Below are positions 16,397-25,346 of a DNA stretch of 40,577 nt, piece by piece (position 1 is the stretch's first letter; every line of letters starts with the position of its first letter). Made by a program: the position numbers and the translations under genes. The stretch comes from Dehalococcoidales bacterium (GTDB lineage: Bacteria > Chloroflexota > Dehalococcoidia > Dehalococcoidales > E44-bin46), in the NCBI GenBank assembly GCA_034430355.1, contig DAOUFA010000080.1, forward strand, positions 1-40,577. Reading direction: 5' to 3'. The notes under the pieces are model-generated. The model worked only from the letters and a program-made list of their open reading frames with translations, had not been told where the DNA came from and made no database searches.

Positions 16397-18199
16397 ATGA
16401 ATAATAGCGATTCTATTCTCATGGAGAACGTAAAGAGGGGAATCGAGAAAGGAATAATTAGCCTTTCCGATAACGAGTCAAGAATAACCTATAAGTGCAG
16501 TCGTGAGTACTCCGTAAGCTTCAAGAATCCAGAAGAGAAGGTAAGAGCTTCCTATTTCGTTGAACTGGTTGAAGACTACCGCTATCCTCAAGAAAGAATC
16601 GGGCTTGAGGTTACCATTCCAAGAAGGACACCGGAAGACAGGGCTGATATTGTTATATTTGAAGATGACACACTGAAAAAGCCGTATCTTGTAGTGGAAT
16701 GCAAGAAAGATGGGATTTCAGATGCAGAATTCAAGCAGGCAATAGAGCAGGTATTCGGTAATGCTAACAGCCTAAGAGCAAAATTTGCCTCTGTAATTGC
16801 CGGAACAACCAGGACTGTCTTCGATGTGGCTGGTTTTACCCCAGGCGAAAGAGAAAAGAACGTAATCTCGGATATTCCTGTCAAATATGGTCAAACCCCT
16901 AAATACAGGTTCATAAAGGGCGAAAAGGATAAAGAGCTTAAGGTAGTCTTGAAGGAAGACCTTATCAGAACGCTTCAGAAGGCTCACGATACCGTATGGC
17001 AAGGGGGTAAACTAGCACCTACCACTGCTTTTGATGAAATCTCAAAGCTTTTGTTCTGCAAGCTTCAAGATGAAACGGAAAGCACCATTACCTCAACGGG
17101 AAAGCCCTACAAGTTCCAGGTGGGAACATACGAGACTGCAAACGAAGTATTTGACCGGATAAATAAGATTTACCAAGAAGCAAAACAAAAGGATGCCGAG
17201 GTCTTTAAGGAAGATATCAGGTTGGAACCGAAAATTGTTTACGCCGTTGTGGAACACTTGCAAAGTATCAACTTCAATGAGACTGACCTGGATGCAAAAG
17301 GGGTTGCCTTCGAGAAGTTCATGGAAGATTTCTTTAAGGGGAAAATGGGGCAGTTCTTTACGCCGAGAGAGCTGATTAGATTCTGTGTAAAGATGATGAA
17401 TCCTCAAACGAACCAACTGATATTAGACCCTGCTTGTGGCTCTGGTGGTTTCTTGCTTAATGCGATGGATTTAGTACGAGAGCAAGCCAAGAAAGAGTAT
17501 GGCGATGGCACTATTTCAGCTTATAGAATGTGGTATGACTTTGCCAGAGAAAACTTGTACGGCATAGATATTAACGACCAGATTGCTAGGGTATGCAAGA
17601 TGAACATGATTCTCCACGATGATGGTCATTCCAACGTTATTAGCGTTGACAGTCTAGTAGATGTAAACGAGATTAACCGAATTCACCCAAAGTTCAAAGA
17701 GAATGCTTTCGATTTAGTCCTGACTAACCCGCCCTTCGGAGCAACAGCAAAAGAGTCAGAAAAGCCTTATCTTAAGAATTACAATTTAGGCAAAGATAGG
17801 AAGACGCAGAAGACGGAGATACTATTTATTGAGCAATGCCTCAAATTCCTAAAGACAGGAACGGGCAAGCTAGCTATCGTCTTACCTGACGGTATCTTGA
17901 CCAATAGCTCTTTGCAATACGTGAGAGACTTCATAATGGAACGAACTCAAATTCTAGCTATTGTCTCTTTACCTCAATTTGCCTTTACCCATTTCGGAGC
18001 TGGTGTTAAAAGCTCCCTCGTATTCTTGCGAAAGAAAGACCTCAATGAAAGACCAGACAATTACCCTATCTTCATGGCTATCGCTGAGCACATTGGCTAT
18101 GACGCAACTGGTAGAAAAGAGCCTGTTAATGATTTAGATACGATTCATACCGAGTATCAAACATTCTTGGTAAATCAAAAGGACTATAAGGGCTGTTAG
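16397..18199 (+). CDS. N6-adenine DNA methyltransferase (gamma class, HsdM-like) with N-terminal PD-(D/E)xK HSDR_N-type domain
   Basis: Motif I is ILDPACGSGGFLL and motif IV is LVLTNPPFGA. The N-terminal 150 aa contain DRADIVIF...KPYLVVECKK, a D...ExK nuclease-like signature. Confidence 0.85.
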   Translation: MNNSDSILMENVKRGIEKGIISLSDNESRITYKCSREYSVSFKNPEEKVRASYFVELVEDYRYPQERIGLEVTIPRRTPEDRADIVIFEDDTLKKPYLVVECKKDGISDAEFKQAIEQVFGNANSLRAKFASVIAGTTRTVFDVAGFTPGEREKNVISDIPVKYGQTPKYRFIKGEKDKELKVVLKEDLIRTLQKAHDTVWQGGKLAPTTAFDEISKLLFCKLQDETESTITSTGKPYKFQVGTYETANEVFDRINKIYQEAKQKDAEVFKEDIRLEPKIVYAVVEHLQSINFNETDLDAKGVAFEKFMEDFFKGKMGQFFTPRELIRFCVKMMNPQTNQLILDPACGSGGFLLNAMDLVREQAKKEYGDGTISAYRMWYDFARENLYGIDINDQIARVCKMNMILHDDGHSNVISVDSLVDVNEINRIHPKFKENAFDLVLTNPPFGATAKESEKPYLKNYNLGKDRKTQKTEILFIEQCLKFLKTGTGKLAIVLPDGILTNSSLQYVRDFIMERTQILAIVSLPQFAFTHFGAGVKSSLVFLRKKDLNERPDNYPIFMAIAEHIGYDATGRKEPVNDLDTIHTEYQTFLVNQKDYKGC

Positions 18200-18208
18200 G
18201 CTGCTAGA

Positions 18209-19615
18209 ATGAAGTGCTTTAAGGTATTCTATGACGATATTGAAGGCAGACTGGATTGCTTCTTTTATCAGCCTGAATTAGTTCAACTAGAGCATAAAGT
18301 AAAAAGGATTACTGATAGAAAGCTGGGGGACTACATACTAGGCATTTCGGGCGGAGCTACTCCAAACAAGAATGAAAGCGAGAAGTACTATTCTGAATCC
18401 GGCATTCCGTTTTTGAGGGTGCAGAATGTTACCAGTGCAGGCTTGAGTCTCGAAAACTGTATATTCATCAACCAAGAAACGCACAACAACATGCTTAAGA
18501 GAAGCCAGGTAGAAGAAGGCAACCTGATTACTAAGATTACTGGCGTGGGAAGAATGGCTGTCTCTGCGGTTGCTCCACCAAGCTTTGAGGGGAACATTAA
18601 CCAGCACTTGGTTGTCATAAAGACGCAAAGCACTGAGGTAAGCAAAGTACTGGCAACATTCTTAAATTCTGATATTGGCGAAAGGTTAGCTTTTAGACGC
18701 TCAACCGGTGGCACAAGACCTGCGTTGAATTACGAGGCTTTAAAGACAATTCCTGTTGTATATAGACCTGAAATTGTTGAAATCATGGAGTCAGCTTATG
18801 AGCGCAAAAAACAAAAAGACGAGGAAGCCAAGAAGCTATTAGATTCCTTAAATGGCTTTGTTCTTGAACGTTTGGGGATAAGCTTGCCCGAAATTAATGA
18901 CAAGAGCTGTTTTGTTGTATGGAGTGATGATATAAAGGGGCGGAAGATTAATCCGCAAGCTTATACAGCAAAGCCCAAAGCAATCAGAAGTGCAATTGAA
19001 GGCTCTACATATCCAATTAAAAGACTCTCTGATATTGTAACTCAAAACATATCCGGAGAGTGGGGTGAAGACCCAGTTTTGGTAAAGAAGACAGATGGCC
19101 ATGTCTTATGCAGAGTCCTAAGGAATACTAATTTTGTTAATCAGTATAACCTAAATTTTGAGAACGTAGCGGAACGGCTTATTAGGAAAGACAAATACCA
19201 AAAGATTAGGTTAAAAAAGGGGGATATCTTAATCGAGAAATCAGGTGGTAGTCCAATACAGCCTGTTGGTAGAGTAGCATTGGTCGAGAGTACAAGTGAA
19301 GGATATGCTTTTAGCAATTTTGTTCAATTGATACGGATTAGTGAAGAGTGCATACCGCAATACTTATTCATCTTTTTGAAAGCAGTTTACGCCCTTAATT
19401 ATATGGAGTATTTACAGAATCAAACGACAGGAATAAAGAACCTGATAATGAGTGAGTATCTGTCAATTCCCATACCGATTCCTCCTCTAGAAGTTCAGAA
19501 AGTGATTGCAGACGAAGTTGAGTCAAGAATGCAGAAAGCAGAACAGCTACAAAAGGAAGCCGAACAAGAGGTCGAGAAAGCCAAAGCTGAGGTCGAAAAG
19601 ATAATACTTGGCTAG
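18209..19615 (+). CDS. Restriction-modification specificity subunit (HsdS-like, two target-recognition domains)
   Basis: There are two Methylase_S-like TRDs (…GIPFLRVQNV…, …ILIEKSGGSPIQPVGRVALV…) and a C-terminal coiled coil. The gene starts 10 nt after the methyltransferase gene. Confidence 0.85.
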   Translation: MKCFKVFYDDIEGRLDCFFYQPELVQLEHKVKRITDRKLGDYILGISGGATPNKNESEKYYSESGIPFLRVQNVTSAGLSLENCIFINQETHNNMLKRSQVEEGNLITKITGVGRMAVSAVAPPSFEGNINQHLVVIKTQSTEVSKVLATFLNSDIGERLAFRRSTGGTRPALNYEALKTIPVVYRPEIVEIMESAYERKKQKDEEAKKLLDSLNGFVLERLGISLPEINDKSCFVVWSDDIKGRKINPQAYTAKPKAIRSAIEGSTYPIKRLSDIVTQNISGEWGEDPVLVKKTDGHVLCRVLRNTNFVNQYNLNFENVAERLIRKDKYQKIRLKKGDILIEKSGGSPIQPVGRVALVESTSEGYAFSNFVQLIRISEECIPQYLFIFLKAVYALNYMEYLQNQTTGIKNLIMSEYLSIPIPIPPLEVQKVIADEVESRMQKAEQLQKEAEQEVEKAKAEVEKIILG

Positions 19616-19629
19616 GAGTTGAAGGTATT

Positions 19630-21093
19630 ATGACTAAAGCCGTGATTCTAGCACGTGTATCAACTGTAAGACAGGAAAAGGAAGGGTTGTCGCTGAAAGA
19701 CATTCAGCTTCCAGCTTTAAGAGAGTACGCCCAAAACAAAGAGTTAGCGGTTGAAAGAGAGTTCGTCTTTACTGAGAGTGCTGATTACAAGATAAGAAGA
19801 AAATTCGATGAAATGGTCGAGTATGTCAAAGTCAACAATGACATTAAGACCATTATCGCTTACCGAGTGGATAGGATAACCAGGAACTTCAGGGATGCAG
19901 TTCTGATTGACGAGCTACGTCTTAACCATGACAAGGAAATACACTTTGTTTATGACCGGCTGGTAATTAACAAAAACACAATGGGGAGGGACATTCAGGA
20001 CTGGGACTTAAAGGTATTCCTAGCCAAGCAATACATCAACCGGCTCAAAGAGGATGCCACTAATTCAGCCTCATACATGCTAAGGAATGGTTTACTGCCT
20101 GGCAAAGCGCCTTACGGCTACAAGAATGTGGCTCTAGAAGACAAAAAGAAGTGGGTCGTTACCGAGCCATTTGAAGCTAGAGTCGTTCAGAAAATGTATG
20201 AATGGTATGGCTCCGGTTGCTTTTCTATGCTGGAAGTAAGAAAGAAGCTGAAAGAAGACTTTGACATTGATTTTTCTAAAGGTTTCGTTGACTTCATTCT
20301 CAAGAATCCATTTTATTGTGGGACGATTCAGTATGACGGACAAAAGTATCCCCATAATTACGAGTGTATTATATCTAGAGAGCTATTCGACAAAGTTCAA
20401 CAGGTGAAAGCCGGCTATAACAAGAAGCACTTCAAATTCGCAGGTTTACCTTACCTCTATCGAGGGTTAATCAGGTGTGCTGATTGCGGTTGTATGATTA
20501 CACCGGAAAAGAAAAAAGGCAAGTATGTTTATTACCATTGCACTGAATATAACGGCAAGCATAATGCTAAGTGGCTAAGGGAAGAAGAACTAACCAAGCA
20601 GTTTGCCCAGCTATACAAATCATTACAGATTCCTGAAGATGTAATCGAAGAAATTACGGCTTCATTAAGGAAGTCCCATAAAGACAAAACACAGTTTCAT
20701 CGGACTATGCTTGAAGGCTATCAAAAGGAATACCAGAAATATGAGGCTCGCATTGAAGCCATGTATGAAGACAAACTGGACGGTAGTATTACTCAGAGCG
20801 ACTATAACAAAAAGCGTGAAGAATACCGGACAAAACAGAAGGAAATATCAGATAAGATTAGCAGGCTAGGCTTTGCTGATGAAGAGTATTATTTGACTTC
20901 AGAATATATATTACAGCTTGCTAATAGAGCCTATGAACTATTCATGAGTTCTGAAGCGGAAGAAAAACGGCAACTTTTAAAACTCACACTTCAGAACTTA
21001 AAATTAGAGGGCAAAAAGGTTGAATTTGAACTCGTAAAGCCCTTCGATAAGGTCTTCGCTTGCTCAAGTAGTCAAAGTTGGCTCCCCGAGTAG
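19630..21093 (+). CDS. Large serine recombinase (integrase)
   Basis: The resolvase-type catalytic N-terminus is AVILARVSTVRQEKEG...YRVDRITRN. A recombinase domain, a zinc ribbon (CADCGCMITPEKKKGKYVYYHC) and a coiled coil follow. The last 15 nt overlap tRNA-Asn. Confidence 0.9.
   Translation: MTKAVILARVSTVRQEKEGLSLKDIQLPALREYAQNKELAVEREFVFTESADYKIRRKFDEMVEYVKVNNDIKTIIAYRVDRITRNFRDAVLIDELRLNHDKEIHFVYDRLVINKNTMGRDIQDWDLKVFLAKQYINRLKEDATNSASYMLRNGLLPGKAPYGYKNVALEDKKKWVVTEPFEARVVQKMYEWYGSGCFSMLEVRKKLKEDFDIDFSKGFVDFILKNPFYCGTIQYDGQKYPHNYECIISRELFDKVQQVKAGYNKKHFKFAGLPYLYRGLIRCADCGCMITPEKKKGKYVYYHCTEYNGKHNAKWLREEELTKQFAQLYKSLQIPEDVIEEITASLRKSHKDKTQFHRTMLEGYQKEYQKYEARIEAMYEDKLDGSITQSDYNKKREEYRTKQKEISDKISRLGFADEEYYLTSEYILQLANRAYELFMSSEAEEKRQLLKLTLQNLKLEGKKVEFELVKPFDKVFACSSSQSWLPE
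21078..21090. repeat. att-like core at the tRNA-Asn 3' end (TTGGCTCCCCGAG)
   Basis: This is the reference copy of the repeats at 7980-7992 (13/13) and 10543-10552 (10/10). Confidence 0.5.
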
Positions 21094-21153
21094 GACTCGA
21101 ACCTACAACCTAGCGGTTAACAGCCGCCCACTCTACCATTGAGCTATCGGGGA
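21079..21153 (-). tRNA. tRNA-Asn (anticodon GTT), CCA encoded
   Basis: In the reverse complement the acceptor is TCCCCGA/TCGGGGA, the anticodon stem GGCGG/CCGCT, the loop CTGTTAA and the T-loop TTCGAGT. The 3' end is GCCA. Confidence 0.85.
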
Positions 21154-21334
21154 AGGCATTGCTCCAAGGTTTGCAGCACAGCATTAGCTTATTACATCCC
21201 CTACTTCTTGTCAAAGTAGTGGAGCTGCAGACAAGACAACTCGATGGATTGTTAAATGCCTTGGAAGAGGCCACACTAATGCTCAATAGATGCCATAGTA
21301 ACGGCACGAGCAAGGTTTCAACTCTTTGGGGTCA

Positions 21335-21363
21335 TTGACAAAGCCCTGGAAGAGGGCTAAACT
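21335..21363 (+). promoter_or_regulatory. Putative promoter of the DAHP synthase gene (TTGACA, 17 nt, TAAACT) with a palindrome in the spacer
   Basis: The -35 is consensus. The spacer contains AGCCCT-ggaag-AGGGCT, a possible operator. Confidence 0.4.
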
Positions 21364-21435
21364 CAAATCCTATCTGGTGAAATGACTTTGGCAGGTGAGA
21401 AATCTCAAAATACAAGGGGGTTAATGTAAGACACT

Positions 21436-22452
21436 ATGATAGTTGAAATGCGAGCCGACACCACTCAAGAGGAGATAGACGGCGTAGTGCAGAGGGCGAA
21501 GTCACTGGGACTCGGCGTCCAGTTGAACCTAGGGACTGATATAACGGTGGTGGCTATATTGGGAAGCAATACGGGACAGTTATCCACAGACCTTTTTGCC
21601 GTACTCCCTGGAGTTGAGAGGGTAAACCGAATTATGAAGCCTTACAAGCTCGCCTCCAGGGAATTTAAGGCCGAGGACAGCCTGGTTTCTATTAATGGAA
21701 TTGAGGTTGGGGGTAATCGTATCGTGGTCATGGCCGGACCCTGCGCCGTGGAGAGTGAAAAACAACTTGTTCAGGCGGCCAAGGTAGTAAAAGAGGCCGG
21801 GGCTTGTGTGTTACGTGGTGGTGCCTACAAACCACGTACCTCCCCCTTCAGCTTTCAGGGTCTGGAGGAAACCGGACTGAAATTACTAGCCCAGGTCAGG
21901 GAGCAATTCGGCATACCCGTAATCACCGAAGTGGTAGACCCTCATCATGTTAGTTTGGTAGCTAACTACGCCAATATCCTTCAAGTCGGTTCCCGGAATA
22001 TGCAAAACTTCGCCTTGCTCACCAGTATTGGGAAAAGCCAGTGTCCCGTGGTCCTGAAACGCGGGTTTTCGTGCACTGTTACCGAGTGGCTTACCGCCGC
22101 CGACTATCTGCTGGCAGAGGGGAATAGCCAGGTTATTCTGTGCGAAAGGGGAATCAGAACGTTTGAGGATAGTACTCGCTTTTCTCTGGATATTTGTTCA
22201 ATAGCGGTAATTAAGCGATTCAGCCACCTGCCGGTAATTGTTGACCCCAGCCATGCTGCTGGTCACTATTCACTGGTACCGTCAATAGCCAAGGCGGCGA
22301 TAGCTGCTGGCGCCGACGGGCTTCTTATTGAAGTCCATCCTAACCCGACGGAAGCTCTGGTGGACGGGCTCCAGTCCCTGACACCGTCAGACTTCGCCAG
22401 GTTGATGGTGGAACTCAGACCAATTGCGAAAGCGGTGGGCAGACATATCTGA
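21436..22452 (+). CDS. 3-deoxy-7-phosphoheptulonate (DAHP) synthase, type I-beta with N-terminal ferredoxin-like regulatory domain
   Basis: The core reads VVMAGPCAVESEKQ...LRGGAYKPRTSPFSFQGL...VDPSHA. An N-terminal extension of about 70 aa resembles that of the Thermotoga-type enzyme. Confidence 0.85.
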   Translation: MIVEMRADTTQEEIDGVVQRAKSLGLGVQLNLGTDITVVAILGSNTGQLSTDLFAVLPGVERVNRIMKPYKLASREFKAEDSLVSINGIEVGGNRIVVMAGPCAVESEKQLVQAAKVVKEAGACVLRGGAYKPRTSPFSFQGLEETGLKLLAQVREQFGIPVITEVVDPHHVSLVANYANILQVGSRNMQNFALLTSIGKSQCPVVLKRGFSCTVTEWLTAADYLLAEGNSQVILCERGIRTFEDSTRFSLDICSIAVIKRFSHLPVIVDPSHAAGHYSLVPSIAKAAIAAGADGLLIEVHPNPTEALVDGLQSLTPSDFARLMVELRPIAKAVGRHI

Positions 22453-22611
22453 ATATGAGTTTGTCCTGCGGGTAAAATTAACCCAACTGAACAATAGACA
22501 TCTTTGGTGGCTGAAAAAGTAGTGACTTTTGATGGGTCAGTATCGGGATAGTATTATTAAATTAACGCTTGGGAAAGGACAAATAGCCGGACTGGTTCGA
22601 TATGTTTTAAG

Positions 22612-25194
22612 ATGGTAAAAGGTAAGTCTAAACGCATAGCCATAATACTACTGGTAATCTCTCTTTTATTGCCGGGATGCGCGAGGCAGGAAGAACATAA
22701 AATTGAAACTGAAAACGTCGTTTCGCTGACAGAACTCAACTTTGAGCTTGAAAACTTTATCGGGGAAAACATCTGGACTTCAGGTTTTTACGCAGATGAT
22801 AGATTTACAGACGACGGTGTTGCCTTTGTGGTGCCTGACTTTCATATGATGGTAATCGACGAAGGATTACCGGACTATTCATTTGCCAGACTTGATGGAG
22901 ATTTGCCTCCCTACGATATGAATGAGGCTGAGATACTTGTCTATGGTGAAGTAAAAGACTTTGCTCAAACCTACAACGTTTTCACCCTCCTGCCAACACC
23001 TTTGATTACCGTTGACGAATACCGTATTTTGACCCCACCAGTGGAAGCTACCGGGGCAAGGCAAGGCTTCCTTTTACCTACTGCCTGGGGAGGCCCCCTC
23101 CAGCCGAAGCAGGCATTTGCGCAGGAGAATGCCGCTACGCCAACCAAAGCCAAAGACTGCGACCGGGCTCTAATAATAAGTGGTGGTATTGATGCTAACA
23201 ACAATCGGTCGAGGTTTCGGCAGAACATGAGAGCTAAGTACCAAAAACTTAAGGAACTTGGTTTTAGCGATGAGCAGATTGGAGTTCTCTACAACGACGG
23301 CGGGGAAGTAAAAGTAAAAGAGAAGGACGAAAGAAACAATGAAATAGAAAAGAATATCGTTGATGGCAAAGCTTCAAAGCAAAAGATAAAGGAGACCCTA
23401 GAAAAATACAAGGAGGAAATGTCAGCCAGCTGCACCCTGGTTATATTTGTTACCGACCACGGCACCGGTTACAACGATGGGCAAGGGTATCATGGTGCCC
23501 GGCCGGCCTTTTCCGGAACTGACAGTAAGACGAAGACATATCCGGAAAAGACATTCGAAATAGACCTGTGTCGTTATGTTTACGCGTCGGGCGGATTGCT
23601 CAAAATTGAGAGTAAGGAGTGGGATACAGACAAAGATGGCGAGATAGATTTGAAAGCCGAATGTGACACTCGTACAAGAGAATATGTCCTGAAAAGAAAG
23701 ATGCCGGATGGAACATGGAAGGAGATAGGAAGAGCTACCGGTGATACTAAGAAGTGGGGGATAAAATGTAAGATAACAGGCGTAGACTGGAATGCTGATG
23801 GTGATAAGGATGACGACGTAGGTTTTCACGAAGGAATAAACCTGTGGGGAAAAGAAGTCTTGTGGGATGATGAGTTCGCCGAGATGCTTAAATCCCTCCA
23901 CGAGAAGGGAATACATATAGTCGTTGAAATGGCCCAATGTTTTGGCGGGGGATTCGTAGATAATCTCAAGGGAATTGTTGACAAAATTGTTACCTTCTCA
24001 GGCGAAGATACCAAGCACCATAACAGAAAAGATGCCAGTGGAAAGAGGTATGCCGCTGATGAAATGGCGTTTGTGGATAACCTTGCCGGTATAGACCTGA
24101 AAAGCTGGGATAAAGCCTTTGACAAGGCAAAGGAGGTAGACACACAGGAATGGGAAGATGAAGGTAGCTTCTCAGATGAAGAAAACGAGTATAGAAAATG
24201 GGAAAAACCACTAGTCCAAACAGATTCAACCTTTTACGAAGAAGATGGAACCTACACACTTACCCTTAAGATTCCAAAAGGCATGAAAGATAAGGTCTAT
24301 GATATTGAGATTTTCTTCGGTCTTCAGACGCCTAGATGGGATGAGGGTGAAGTCATACAGCTCCCGGAAGGCTTCACAAAAGAGGACATTGCCGGTGGCA
24401 TAAGAATAAAAAGCACTAATCCTTTCCCGTTAACACCCTTAGTATTCAAACTTAAGGGGGCAGCCGGTGCCGAGTCGCTGAGGATTCACCTAACGGATAA
24501 GGAACACAAAAATCTCGGCTACATCACGCCTACAAAAACCACGCCCCCACCTCCAGCCGAGAAGGCATTGGACACCTCTCTTACGCCCAGCGCTCAAAGT
24601 GTCTGGGACGAGTCGGGATGCCACAGTACCCTCACCATCTCCTTCGATGCAATCGACCTCACCGGGGGTGACATGCCAGTTACCAGCGTGGTTCTAAAGG
24701 TAAATGAGGAAGTATGGCACGATTCGAGTAGTATATCTACTGAGCACTACCAGAATTCAGTCTCAAGAGAGGTGGGCTGTGGAGAAATCCTACTTATTGA
24801 GTTGATAGCCACCAACGCCATCGCCCAGACAGTTACGGCCACTGAATCCATCACTACCCCCATACCTCCAGCCCCTGAACCCGAGGAAGTACTGCAGGTC
24901 TCCTCTGCTGCTAGTGCTCACAGCGTCCGCGATGAATCAGGGTGCCGCAGCACCCTCACTATCTCCTTCGATGGCACTGACCTTACCGGAGGCAATTATC
25001 CCGTCACCAGGGTAGTACTGGTGGTAAATGGACAGACCTGGTTCGATTCGGGGAGCATATCTACTGTACACTATCACAACTCTATTGAAACAGAGGCAAA
25101 CTGCGGCGAAACCTTCAACTTCGAGGTGACTGCCACCAACCAAATCGGGCTGACGGCTACCTCTACTGGCTCTATCACTACCCCCATCCCCTAG
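22612..25194 (+). CDS. Secreted lipoprotein with legumain-like (clan CD, C13-type) peptidase domain and two C-terminal tandem beta-rich domains
   Basis: The lipobox is LLLPGC. The His motif is TLVIFVTDHGTG and the Cys motif is IHIVVEMAQCFGGGF. Acidic Ca-binding-like loops (DTDKDGEID, DWNADGDKDDD) lie between them. The C-terminus carries a duplicated module of about 108 aa. Confidence 0.6.
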   Translation: MVKGKSKRIAIILLVISLLLPGCARQEEHKIETENVVSLTELNFELENFIGENIWTSGFYADDRFTDDGVAFVVPDFHMMVIDEGLPDYSFARLDGDLPPYDMNEAEILVYGEVKDFAQTYNVFTLLPTPLITVDEYRILTPPVEATGARQGFLLPTAWGGPLQPKQAFAQENAATPTKAKDCDRALIISGGIDANNNRSRFRQNMRAKYQKLKELGFSDEQIGVLYNDGGEVKVKEKDERNNEIEKNIVDGKASKQKIKETLEKYKEEMSASCTLVIFVTDHGTGYNDGQGYHGARPAFSGTDSKTKTYPEKTFEIDLCRYVYASGGLLKIESKEWDTDKDGEIDLKAECDTRTREYVLKRKMPDGTWKEIGRATGDTKKWGIKCKITGVDWNADGDKDDDVGFHEGINLWGKEVLWDDEFAEMLKSLHEKGIHIVVEMAQCFGGGFVDNLKGIVDKIVTFSGEDTKHHNRKDASGKRYAADEMAFVDNLAGIDLKSWDKAFDKAKEVDTQEWEDEGSFSDEENEYRKWEKPLVQTDSTFYEEDGTYTLTLKIPKGMKDKVYDIEIFFGLQTPRWDEGEVIQLPEGFTKEDIAGGIRIKSTNPFPLTPLVFKLKGAAGAESLRIHLTDKEHKNLGYITPTKTTPPPPAEKALDTSLTPSAQSVWDESGCHSTLTISFDAIDLTGGDMPVTSVVLKVNEEVWHDSSSISTEHYQNSVSREVGCGEILLIELIATNAIAQTVTATESITTPIPPAPEPEEVLQVSSAASAHSVRDESGCRSTLTISFDGTDLTGGNYPVTRVVLVVNGQTWFDSGSISTVHYHNSIETEANCGETFNFEVTATNQIGLTATSTGSITTPIP
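24568..25191 (+). repeat. Tandem duplication (2 x about 324 nt) inside the lipoprotein gene
   Basis: The two units read SAQSVWDESGCHSTLTISFDAIDLTGGDMPVTSVVLKVNEEVWHDSSSISTEHYQNS... and SAHSVRDESGCRSTLTISFDGTDLTGGNYPVTRVVLVVNGQTWFDSGSISTVHYHNS.... Both end in TTPIP, and the similarity is visible at the DNA level. Confidence 0.8.
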
Positions 25195-25346
25195 CTTTAA
25201 CTTTGCTGTCAGTTGTTTCATTCTGCAATGTTTGACTTGACGCCTTCATTCTCAAGGATATTGACAACCACGGAAGAAAGACTACAAAAAGCACGCGTAC
25301 ACGAGCTAATCTAATAGCGGTGGCCGGTGCCTTTTTCGGCTTAGCT

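Larger units (their letters stand above)
10543..21093. mobile_element. Integrative element of about 10.5 kb at tRNA-Asn (serine-recombinase type, with Rep, Xis-like HTH and R-M cargo)
   Basis: The block is AT-rich relative to both flanks. Its right end abuts and overlaps the tRNA-Asn 3' end. A large serine recombinase sits at that end, with an excisionase-family HTH and an RCR-type Rep inside. The direct repeat TTGGCTCCCC is at both ends. Confidence 0.65.

Noticed and set aside
10553-21077. Interpretation of the island as an integrated filamentous (inovirus-like) prophage because of the gene II-like Rep
   Set aside because: There is no Zot/pI-like assembly ATPase, no cluster of small coat proteins and no pIII-like adsorption protein. 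Most of the cargo is an R-M module plus unrelated genes.
21110-21313. 67-aa minus-strand ORF overlapping tRNA-Asn
   Set aside because: It overlaps the tRNA gene itself and the aroF promoter region, and it has no RBS.
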